A DNA stretch of 36,318 nt from a virus (IMGVR_UViG_3300020128_000050:1-36318), one strand, 5' to 3'; shown: positions 1 through 6,131, counted from the first letter of the stretch. A program made the numbers and translations. Notes: generated by a model not told the origin, from the sequence alone.

Positions 1-261
1 CCGGGCGGAGTCGCCGCTGGAGCCGATCCGGGCGGAGTCGCCGCTGGAGCCGATCCGGGCGTAGTCGCCGCTGGAGCCGATCCGGGCGGAGTCGCCGCTG
101 GAGCCGATCCGGGCGGAGTCGCCGCTGGAGCCGATCCGGGCGTAGTCGCCGCTGGAGCCGATCCGGGCGGAGTAGCCGCTGGAGCCGATCTGGGCGTAGT
201 CGCCGCTGGAGCCGATCTGGGCGGAGTTGCCGCTGGAGCCGATCCGGGCGGAGTCGCCGCT
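1..261. repeat. 27-bp tandem repeat, 9 full copies plus 1 partial, encoding IGSSG[DNY][SY]A[RQ]
   Basis: Unit CCGGGCGGAGTCGCCGCTGGAGCCGAT repeated head-to-tail with no spacers, in frame with the minus-strand CDS. Confidence 0.97.
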
Positions 262-672
262 CGGATCGTCGCCTTTGCCCTTCGTAAGCTCTATGACACG
301 TTCAACTGCGTGCTTGAGGAATTCGGGCAGGGAAAGCTCAACCTTGACGGTGATCGAACCGGAAGCGATTTTCGTTCCGCGCTTGTGTTCATCTTCTTGG
401 CGGGCGACCTGGCCAGACTGGATGGTTTCGGCATAGCGCGTCAGCCTGCCTTCATCGTCAACGACAGGGTAGAAGTCCCAGACGTGGAAGGGATTATCCC
501 AATCGACGGCGTGAAAGCCGTTCTGGCAGGCGACAACCTTGCCCTCGACGGTATAGGTCTTGCCGATCTCGAACTGGTGGCCGCGGCATTTGAATTCATG
601 GTCCAGCCCCTTTACCGAAACGACTTCCTCGGTTGCGGCAGGCACGGCGGTATCCTTCTTGGCCTTGGCCAT
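1..672 (-). CDS. Phage early protein with an N-terminal 'KGLD..FKCRG.QFEIGKTY...C..GFH' domain (DUF7666-like) and C-terminal 9-aa repeats; 3' end lies outside the window
   Basis: Not in the ORF track because it has no stop. ATG at 672 follows AGAGGG. Reads MAKAKKDTAVPAATEEVVSVKGLDHEFKCRGHQFEIGKTYTVEGKVVACQNGFHAV... and stays open to base 1, ending in IGSSGDSAR repeats. Confidence 0.85.
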   Translation of the reverse strand, partial: MAKAKKDTAVPAATEEVVSVKGLDHEFKCRGHQFEIGKTYTVEGKVVACQNGFHAVDWDNPFHVWDFYPVVDDEGRLTRYAETIQSGQVARQEDEHKRGTKIASGSITVKVELSLPEFLKHAVERVIELTKGKGDDPSGDSARIGSSGNSAQIGSSGDYAQIGSSGYSARIGSSGDYARIGSSGDSARIGSSGDSARIGSSGDYARIGSSGDSARIGSSGDSAR

Positions 673-673
673 T

Positions 674-823
674 TCAATGTCCCTCTGTGTTTGATTGGGC
701 GGGCTGCTCTTTCAAGCCGGTCGGTGTGCGTGTCAGGATCATGGGGACGCGGTGCCAGTTGCCGGAGGCGTCACAGGTCCATTTCAATTCGGGGTGGGGG
801 AGGATCTGATAGGTGGCGCGCAT
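674..823 (-). CDS. Small hypothetical early protein (49 aa, MRATYQILPH...)
   Basis: ATG at 823 overlaps the upstream stop (TGATG); stop lies just before the 672 start. Confidence 0.5.
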   Translation of the reverse strand: MRATYQILPHPELKWTCDASGNWHRVPMILTRTPTGLKEQPAQSNTEGH

Positions 824-1029
824 CAACGATCCTCCCGCAGGTCGCGCAGGTAATCCGGGTCCGGCTCGTCCTCGGCTTCTTCCCAAGGGCAAACCCCGTC
901 CATCTCATCTTCAAGCTCGCAAGACCGAGTGGAATAGGCGCCGCAGAATGGGCAGAGCCTTCCGCCTCTGGCCTCGTATTCTTCTTCGGGGGTGCGGAGC
1001 CTCCAGGCGTCATATCCGGGGATGTTCAT
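823..1029 (-). CDS. Small acidic Cys-containing early protein (CPFC...C...C)
   Basis: MNIPGYDAWRLRTPEEE...LCPFCG...DPDYLRDLREDR; tightly packed with its neighbours. Confidence 0.7.
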   Translation of the reverse strand: MNIPGYDAWRLRTPEEEYEARGGRLCPFCGAYSTRSCELEDEMDGVCPWEEAEDEPDPDYLRDLREDR

Positions 1030-1033
1030 GGCC

Positions 1034-1402
1034 TTATTCCGCCGCCACCATGCGTTCGTCATGCCAGCGGTCGGCAGCATTGGCTTCGGCGTAAAGCTCA
1101 GCCTCAAACTGCTCGATTTCGTTGATGAAGAAGCGAGCGAGAAAGCAGAAGTCAGCCTTTCCAGCCCGAACCTTCTCGAAGCTGTCGTTCCAGCCCGACT
1201 GCCACCAGTCAGCCGCCACAGCCTCAGTCACATCGGCCATTTCATTGGTCTTGGCGTCGAAGGCCTTCACCACATAGTCCGGCATGTCATGCCAGCCGAC
1301 CGCACGAAGAAGGCTTTCGTAGTCGGTGTGCATTTCGCCATCGACAGCGCCGATGCCATCGAAGATGAAATAGTGGCTGTAGCCTGTGTGGTGCTTGGTC
1401 AT
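1034..1402 (-). CDS. Hypothetical protein, first gene of the pL operon
   Basis: 122-aa ORF with GGAG ribosome-binding site, directly downstream of pL. Confidence 0.75.
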   Translation of the reverse strand: MTKHHTGYSHYFIFDGIGAVDGEMHTDYESLLRAVGWHDMPDYVVKAFDAKTNEMADVTEAVAADWWQSGWNDSFEKVRAGKADFCFLARFFINEIEQFEAELYAEANAADRWHDERMVAAE

Positions 1403-1467
1403 CTGCCCATCTCCATCCTCTCGACCAGATCAGCCCGAGGGCGTCTTCGTGGTCCGTTGATGATGGT

Positions 1468-1520
1468 GATGTAACCTAGATGGTAACAACGCGCAAGCAA
1501 AAAGTTACCTACATGGTGAC
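1468..1520 (-). promoter_or_regulatory. pL promoter with operators OL (GTAACCTAGATGGTAAC 1471-1487; GTTACCTACATGGTGAC 1504-1520)
   Basis: Two 17-bp palindromes GTNACC-N5-GGTRAC match the three sites at 5808-5883. Minus strand has TTGCGC-N17-TACATC overlapping the first site. Confidence 0.8.
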
Positions 1521-1582
1521 TTTGCGGAATCACCCATGCTACAAGAGGGTGTCAGCCCGAAGGGCTGGGGCAGGGTGCAGGC

Positions 1583-1609
1583 AAAGAAAAACCCGGCGCC
1601 GGGCCGGGT
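1583..1609 (-). terminator. Rho-independent terminator (cassette boundary 1)
   Basis: ACCCGGC/GCCGGGT stem followed on the minus strand by TTTTCTTTG. Confidence 0.8.
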
Positions 1610-1612
1610 AAG

Positions 1613-1628
1613 TTAAAGGCCGGTTAAC
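1613..1628 (+). promoter_or_regulatory. CtrA box TTAA-N7-TTAAC with a downstream TATAAA (1644-1649)
   Basis: TTAAAGGCCGGTTAAC matches the alphaproteobacterial CtrA consensus exactly, in intergenic DNA. Confidence 0.5.
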
Positions 1629-1695
1629 CGGCGCAGGTGTCTCTATAAAACATCGGAGGCCTTTAATGTTCGACCCCCTGATGCTTGTTCGCGTA

Positions 1696-2175
1696 CTACG
1701 GCGCTTGCCGCACACTGCGCGGTTTGATGCCCATCTTGACGCGTGCGCCGCGCTCGAAATCTTTTACGCCCCGCTTGACGAAAATTTGCCCCGCCTTCGG
1801 TGGGTGCATGTCCTGCGGATTGTTGTACTTCCTGACTTCCATCCACGCGTTGCGGATATGGTCTGTGAGGGAGTCGAAGGGGAGGAGCCCGGTGACGTCG
1901 ACGCCTGGCGTGAATGTCCAGACGTTCTCGACCAGGCCCTCTCCGTTCTCGGCGGGGCCCCGCACACGGTCCATTAGGGCTTTAGCGGTCAAGGATGTTT
2001 GCACCACGTAAGCAAGCTGGCGCTTGCTGTGCATCGCAGGCTTAAATGGCAGGCCGTGCAGAGCTTTAGCGATTGCGAAAGCTTCACGTTTGCAGTTTTC
2101 GAGATCGACCTTCATTGCGACCATCACCACGATGACAGTGCGCTTGGGGCGCTGGTCTTTCTTTTGAGGCTTCAT
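1696..2175 (-). CDS. Hypothetical accessory protein (~159 aa) with a structured 5' leader
   Basis: ORF preceded by AGGAGAG and followed by the terminator at 1583-1609. Confidence 0.75.
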   Translation of the reverse strand: MKPQKKDQRPKRTVIVVMVAMKVDLENCKREAFAIAKALHGLPFKPAMHSKRQLAYVVQTSLTAKALMDRVRGPAENGEGLVENVWTFTPGVDVTGLLPFDSLTDHIRNAWMEVRKYNNPQDMHPPKAGQIFVKRGVKDFERGARVKMGIKPRSVRQAP

Positions 2176-2193
2176 CAACTCTCCTGTGATGAT

Positions 2194-2316
2194 GCCGGGC
2201 AGGGTTGACCGAACGGGTGATTCCGTGAAAGGAATGCGCTTGGAAATGCACTGATCGCCCTGCGACGGCGGTTAGATAAAGGCCGCAGACGGAATCAATC
2301 CGCCGAGCGGCCTTTT
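2194..2316 (-). ncRNA. Putative structured cis-leader or ncRNA upstream of the 159-aa gene
   Basis: Hairpin AAAGGCCGC...GCGGCCTTT (2278-2315) and a multibranch element GCCG-TC-GCAGGG...CCCTGC-C-CGGC (2194-2269). G-U pairs favour the minus strand. TTGACC at 2347-2342 lies upstream. Confidence 0.5.
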
Positions 2317-2444
2317 GCATTTCTGGCGATAACTGAATTTGGGTCAAGTGCTGCTTTGTTCCTCGCCTGTGCAAAGAACGTTCTGGCAACCTATGCCGGT
2401 GATCCTGGCAACGCATGGGGACGTGCCGGATATGGGGTAGGGCG

Positions 2445-2476
2445 AAGAAAAAGCCCTGCCAGGTAGGGCAGGGCTT
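2445..2476 (-). terminator. Rho-independent terminator (cassette boundary 2)
   Basis: AAGCCCTGCC/GGCAGGGCTT stem with a TTTTTCTT tail on the minus strand. Confidence 0.85.
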
Positions 2477-2494
2477 CCATGGAGAAGCTCTGAT

Positions 2495-2791
2495 CTAAAT
2501 CAGATCAAACATTCCTTTAGGTGCAGGCAAGATGGCCGGGATACCAGCGCCGCCCTGCGTGCTATAGAGCAGCAGCAACTCGCCTCTTGACCGTTCAGTT
2601 TGCTCAATGATCTCCTGACCCAATGTTTGAAGCATCCGGGCTAGAGGGGCGTTATACATCCTTATGCCATTTGCCAGATAGACGAGCTTGTATCCTCGCT
2701 CAAGCGACAAATCCGTTGTGCGGCTATAATGCGTGAAAACTTTTTGAAGTGAAATTTGTGGCTGGTCGGGGGATCTACCACAGTAATGCAT
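2495..2791 (-). CDS. Hypothetical accessory protein (98 aa, lower GC)
   Basis: AGGAGG ribosome-binding site upstream; ends just before the terminator. Confidence 0.6.
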   Translation of the reverse strand: MHYCGRSPDQPQISLQKVFTHYSRTTDLSLERGYKLVYLANGIRMYNAPLARMLQTLGQEIIEQTERSRGELLLLYSTQGGAGIPAILPAPKGMFDLI

Positions 2792-2934
2792 CGCCTTGCC
2801 TCCTACAGTGACGATAGGAGTATGCTGCTTATACTTAAGTCGAATAACAGGCAGGAATGTTGACCAATCGGTTAAAAACGGTGGAAAATTTTGGCGGTTG
2901 GGGAATCTGTGGCGGAAAGAGCGTTCGGCGGCAC

Positions 2935-3210
2935 TTAGGCCGTTGCTTTCAGCTCGCAGGGATTGCCACGGCTCGGATGTACTAGCTGCAAATCTTTTGG
3001 CGAGAGAAGTACGTGATATACGCCATCGAATCCGCCAGGCTCGAGCGAGACCACGAAATAGTCGCCTGACATCACATTGATTGATTTGCTCATGTCGTGA
3101 GCCACAATCATTTTGCCCAACATGGCGCGTCCCGCCTCACTGGTCACAACGAACGAGAGGAGCAAACAGTCATGCCCAACCTCGGAAATATCCCCGTGTT
3201 GTTCTGCCAT
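2935..3210 (-). CDS. Hypothetical accessory protein (91 aa, lower GC)
   Basis: AGGAGAG ribosome-binding site upstream of the ATG. Confidence 0.55.
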   Translation of the reverse strand: MAEQHGDISEVGHDCLLLSFVVTSEAGRAMLGKMIVAHDMSKSINVMSGDYFVVSLEPGGFDGVYHVLLSPKDLQLVHPSRGNPCELKATA

Positions 3211-3289
3211 CGCATCTCTCCTGCCGTTAAACCGACAGGATGCGACTAACGAGGATCAAATTACTAGTCAGCACTGCTGACGCGACTGC

Positions 3290-3706
3290 TTATCTGCACC
3301 ACCACTCGTCACCATCAGGCCACCGCCGCGCTAGTCCCTCGGCAATGAGGATATCTCCTACATCCGTCCTGCCGATGCGGATGGTCGCAAGCGTCCTTCC
3401 ATATCGGTCCTTTCCAAAGGTCTGGACTGTCCAGGTATTGGAGTTCAGCAACTCGAGCAACCTAGCACTAGCCTTGTGCGCCAAGGCCACTTCGCGCTGA
3501 CCGCCGCAGATTGCGGTGTGCGGCTCGGGCGTGTCGAAGCTTTTTAACCGGAGATTCTGCCCGTTCAGCCAAATAGTGTCTCCATCCACGACGCAGGTCT
3601 TCGTGGGGGTATTGGGCTGGCCCTGGCGGCACATGGTCAGGTGAGGTTGTTGGGCGACGGCGGGTGTTACCAGCAGAGCGGCGATGAGGAGTAGGGCGCG
3701 TATCAT
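3290..3706 (-). CDS. Secreted thermonuclease (SNase-like family)
   Basis: Signal peptide MIRALLLIAALLVTPAVA; motifs VVDGDT, LRLKSFDTPE, DRYGRTLA, LIAEGLA. Confidence 0.92.
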   Translation of the reverse strand: MIRALLLIAALLVTPAVAQQPHLTMCRQGQPNTPTKTCVVDGDTIWLNGQNLRLKSFDTPEPHTAICGGQREVALAHKASARLLELLNSNTWTVQTFGKDRYGRTLATIRIGRTDVGDILIAEGLARRWPDGDEWWCR

Positions 3707-3732
3707 GGGCGCAAGCTAGGCGATGAGGGGGC

Positions 3733-3758
3733 AAAGAAAAAGCCCGCTTGAGCGGGCT
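3733..3758 (-). terminator. Rho-independent terminator (cassette boundary 3)
   Basis: AGCCCGCT/AGCGGGCT stem with a TTTTCTTTG tail on the minus strand. Confidence 0.85.
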
Positions 3759-3762
3759 GAAA

Positions 3763-3912
3763 TTATTCGCTGGCCTGTTGCCTGCCATCGACCAGGCGGC
3801 GGTTCACAGAATGCCGTTGACGATCTGCGAGCTTCGCGCCTTGCCGCTTATGTGGCTTGCAGAGCAGACAACCGGCCCGGGTGGATTTCGGGCCTTTGCG
3901 TTTGTGGTGCAT
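3763..3912 (-). CDS. 49-aa basic peptide with a CxxCxxH motif (MHHKRKGPKSTRAGCLLCKPHKRQGAKLADRQRHSVNRRLVDGRQQASE)
   Basis: Below the ORF-track cutoff. GGAG lies 6 nt before the ATG, the stop is 4 nt before a terminator, and the ORF fills the space between two terminators. Confidence 0.75.
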   Translation of the reverse strand: MHHKRKGPKSTRAGCLLCKPHKRQGAKLADRQRHSVNRRLVDGRQQASE

Positions 3913-3918
3913 TTCTAT

Positions 3919-3966
3919 CTCCGAGCTTCGCCGGCGCGCCCCTACGGCGCCCGCGTAGCTTCGGAG
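3919..3966 (-). promoter_or_regulatory. RBS-sequestering leader hairpin for the 49-aa peptide
   Basis: CUCCG..AGCU.CGC.GG.GCGCC-loop-GGCGC.CC.GCG.AGCU.CGGAG; the 3' arm contains the Shine-Dalgarno GGAG. Confidence 0.65.
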
Positions 3967-4011
3967 TGGCGAGTGTGCTTATCATGGCCGAAAGATAGGG
4001 TAGGGCGAGAC

Positions 4012-4041
4012 AAAGAAAAAGCCCCGGTGGTGGCCGGGGCT
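4012..4041 (-). terminator. Rho-independent terminator (cassette boundary 4) after the TA operon
   Basis: AGCCCCGG/CCGGGGCT stem with a TTTTCTTTG tail on the minus strand. Confidence 0.85.
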
Positions 4042-4056
4042 GAGATTGCCTAGTGG

Positions 4057-4512
4057 TTAGGCTGCAATAAGCCTATATTCGGTGCCATTGTCGTTGGTCA
4101 TCTGAATATTGATCGGCTGCTCTTTGACGGTAGGGACACTCCGACGCGAAAGATCCTCCATCGACATTTGAGCCTGAAGTCCGAGGGTCTCAATCGCGTG
4201 GCGGCGTATGATCGCTTCGGCCTTGCTGTCGATGTCATATTCACCCCGCTCCCACCGGCCAATGGCCTGTTTGTCGTGGTGAACAATCTCAGCCAGTTCG
4301 GCTTGTGTCATGCCCATTTCAGTGCGCAGAAAGCGCAGCTCATCGCCGGTAATGCCGTGCTCGTGCGAAACGATGCCCAAGGCAATAACCGCATGCAATT
4401 CATTAATCGCCGGGATGGTGATGACCCAGTCGCCAGCATCATCCTGAAAAGGCACCAGACCGTCAATGTAGACGTTCTGCAGTCCGCTTTCAGTGTAGTG
4501 GTGGCTATTCAT
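4057..4512 (-). CDS. XRE-HTH antitoxin (HigA/MqsA-like arrangement)
   Basis: N-terminal HYTESGLQNVYIDG and HTH ELRFLRTEMGMTQAELAEIV...IGRWERG. ATG at 4512 overlaps the end of the toxin gene. Confidence 0.85.
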   Translation of the reverse strand: MNSHHYTESGLQNVYIDGLVPFQDDAGDWVITIPAINELHAVIALGIVSHEHGITGDELRFLRTEMGMTQAELAEIVHHDKQAIGRWERGEYDIDSKAEAIIRRHAIETLGLQAQMSMEDLSRRSVPTVKEQPINIQMTNDNGTEYRLIAA

Positions 4513-4879
4513 CGTCTTCCTCTTTTCCAATTATTGTCCCTGCTCGGGTCGACGGCTCGTCAACCCACATCACAGAAACGATCTTCAACCAGCAATGCGT
4601 CTTGTCTGGAACCGTCACCACCCGGACATCTCGTCCATTGCTGTTGGGGGTACGACATTCCATGCAGTACTTATTGAAGCCAGGCTGTGTTGAAGGCATA
4701 GGCTCTTGCCTCACAAAGCCATTTTTTAGGACGTACAGAACATCCGAGATTACAAGATCCCTTTCAGCTAAACGTTCACGTGCATGCAGGGCATACGACA
4801 GCTTCAACTTTGGAGATCGTGCAATGTTCCGGATTTCGTCCGTTGCCTGATCTTTTTCCCAAACGCTGTTGGCCGTCAC
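4505..4879 (-). CDS. DUF4258-family putative RNase toxin (toxin-first type II TA)
   Basis: Signature YALHARERLAERDLVISDVLYVLKNG and C-terminal LKIVSVMW; directly upstream of the HTH gene. Confidence 0.8.
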   Translation of the reverse strand: MTANSVWEKDQATDEIRNIARSPKLKLSYALHARERLAERDLVISDVLYVLKNGFVRQEPMPSTQPGFNKYCMECRTPNSNGRDVRVVTVPDKTHCWLKIVSVMWVDEPSTRAGTIIGKEEDDE

Positions 4880-4918
4880 GCTGTCGCCTCGTCCTTGTTA
4901 GTCTCTGAGCGGTATGTA

Positions 4919-4931
4919 TATCACCATGATA
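4919..4931. promoter_or_regulatory. Putative TA autoregulatory operator TATCA-N3-TGATA
   Basis: Perfect palindrome 40 bp upstream of the toxin start. Confidence 0.55.
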
Positions 4932-5026
4932 CCTGTTACTAGGGCCAAAGTGCGACGAAGGGGTTAATTTTTGGAGGCGTTTGATCCGTCGCAGTTCCCG
5001 GCATACCTGAAGGCGCTGAGCCTCCC

Positions 5027-5260
5027 TCAGTTGACGTTGCCGGAATACCGCTTCCCCTTGAGCCCTACCGGCATGTCGCCCGCCAGCGCCTCATGCGCCT
5101 GTGCCAGCGTTTCCAGCCATGCTCCGAGTTTCACCGGCACCTCGGCCAGCCCAAGTGCATATGCCTCGGTCAAGCTCTGATCGCAGCCCAATACGCCGGC
5201 AAGCACGTCAGTGTCCCAATGCAGGGCTTCTAGGGCCTGGTTGAAGCGGGTAGGGGTCAT
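5027..5260 (-). CDS. Small HTH-like protein (77 aa)
   Basis: MTPTRFNQALEALHWDTDVLAGVLGCDQSLTEAYALG..VP follows the XRE-HTH pattern. Confidence 0.7.
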   Translation of the reverse strand: MTPTRFNQALEALHWDTDVLAGVLGCDQSLTEAYALGLAEVPVKLGAWLETLAQAHEALAGDMPVGLKGKRYSGNVN

Positions 5261-5313
5261 TGGCGCTCTCTGCGCTGGTTAGTCGGTTTTCCACAAAGGT
5301 CAGCATCATTGTC

Positions 5314-5359
5314 TTGACTAGGAATTTGATCCTATGCGTAATAGGAACAGAAGGGGAAC
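5314..5359 (+). promoter_or_regulatory. Sigma70-type promoter with an alphaproteobacterial LexA (SOS) box
   Basis: TTGACT(5314)-N17-CGTAAT(5337), followed by GAAC-AGAAGGG-GAAC at 5345-5359, an exact GAAC-N7-GAAC match. Confidence 0.75.
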
Positions 5360-5362
5360 AAA

Positions 5363-5560
5363 TTGCCTAGCTTTCAGAATTTTCTTTCTGCGTATTTGGC
5401 GGCGGAGCCTTGGCAACGCGACGTAATTGCGGCCCACCTTTGCGCGCTAAAGACCTTAAAATCTTCGCCGCCTCATCCATATCGCCAGCGGAAGCGCCGG
5501 AGGCGGCTTCCAGAGCGTGAAGAAATGCCGAAACGTCAAGGTCAGGTCGCGGAGGGCTGA
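5363..5560 (+). CDS. Putative SOS-induced small protein, antisense to the repressor 3' end (candidate antirepressor)
   Basis: TTG start after GAAGGGG, immediately behind the LexA box; helical N-terminus and Arg-rich tail. Confidence 0.4.
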   Translation: MPSFQNFLSAYLAAEPWQRDVIAAHLCALKTLKSSPPHPYRQRKRRRRLPEREEMPKRQGQVAEG

Positions 5561-5777
5561 GTAACGGCGCCAAGGGGTGGCAACCCACCACGTGCCCAAA
5601 AGCCTCGATATAGCCCTTCCCCCATTCTCGGGCGCCCGTTTCTATGCGGGAAACAGTTTGCTTAGACGTGTCCATGCGGTCCGCAAGCTCTTGCTGCGTC
5701 CAGTCCTTGGAAAGCCGCCACTGCTCGAAAAAAACGGGCAGTTCACGCGCGCCCTCAAATTTATACCGTTCCGCCAT
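5367..5777 (-). CDS. Phage repressor (CI-like XRE HTH, no S24 peptidase domain)
   Basis: FEQWRLSKDWTQQELADRMDTSKQTVSRIETG HTH, divergent from cro. Start placed at 5777 because the 5840 ATG lies inside an operator. Confidence 0.85.
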   Translation of the reverse strand: MAERYKFEGARELPVFFEQWRLSKDWTQQELADRMDTSKQTVSRIETGAREWGKGYIEAFGHVVGCHPLAPLLSPPRPDLDVSAFLHALEAASGASAGDMDEAAKILRSLARKGGPQLRRVAKAPPPNTQKENSES

Positions 5778-5807
5778 GTCGGCACCTGAAGCTAATTCAG
5801 GCAAACA

Positions 5808-5885
5808 GTAACCATCATGGTCCAGTTGGTAGTTGGCCATGATGGTAACTTTCTTCTTGCTCGATAGTCACCATGATGGTAACTG
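5808..5885. promoter_or_regulatory. OR region: three operators (5808-5824, 5833-5849, 5867-5883) and pR
   Basis: GTAACCATCATGGTCCA, TTGGCCATGATGGTAAC, GTCACCATGATGGTAAC. TTGCTC at 5857 with a -10-like element near 5880 implies a leaderless cro mRNA. Confidence 0.8.
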
Positions 5886-5891
5886 TCTGGC

Positions 5892-6131
5892 ATGGAAGCA
5901 CTTCGGAAATGGCGAAAAGGCCAAGGTATCACGGCGGATGAAGCGGCGCGGCAGATAGGTGTAAGCCGCGTGCATTGGCTGCGCATGGAAAACGGCACGC
6001 GGAACATATCTGCTGAAAATCTGCTGACCGTCGAGCGAGTCACCGGCATATCCCGGCACGAGCTTCGGCCCGACCTTTCCCGCATATTCGTGGATCGCTC
6101 TCCCACCCCCTCCCATGAGGAACGGGCATGA
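5892..6131 (+). CDS. cro: Cro-like HTH regulator
   Basis: LRKWRKGQGITADEAARQIGVSRVHWLRMENG...TGISRHELRPDL, a typical Cro/YdaS ending. Confidence 0.88.
   Translation: MEALRKWRKGQGITADEAARQIGVSRVHWLRMENGTRNISAENLLTVERVTGISRHELRPDLSRIFVDRSPTPSHEERA

Noticed and set aside
1-261. 27-bp repeats as a CRISPR array
   Set aside because: Units are contiguous with no spacers, are a multiple of 3 and in frame with a protein, and there are no cas genes.
310-1125. 271-aa plus-strand ORF, and other long antisense ORFs such as 11169-12158, 18733-19545, 20949-21983 and 27771-29171
   Set aside because: Shadow frames of well-supported genes in GC-rich DNA, with no recognisable motifs.
1552-1566. CAGCCCGAAGGGCTG hairpin as a lambda boxB/nut site
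   Set aside because: It lies upstream of pL rather than in its transcript, and no boxA or N-like gene is recognisable.
2358-2372. Second LexA-like site GTTC-N7-GTGC upstream of the structured leader
   Set aside because: Mismatch in a conserved half-site, and it lies upstream of the putative -35; too weak to call.
5778-5840. N-terminal extension of the repressor from the ATG at 5840
   Set aside because: It runs through two operator palindromes, so it is more likely regulatory DNA; the start cannot be proven from sequence alone.
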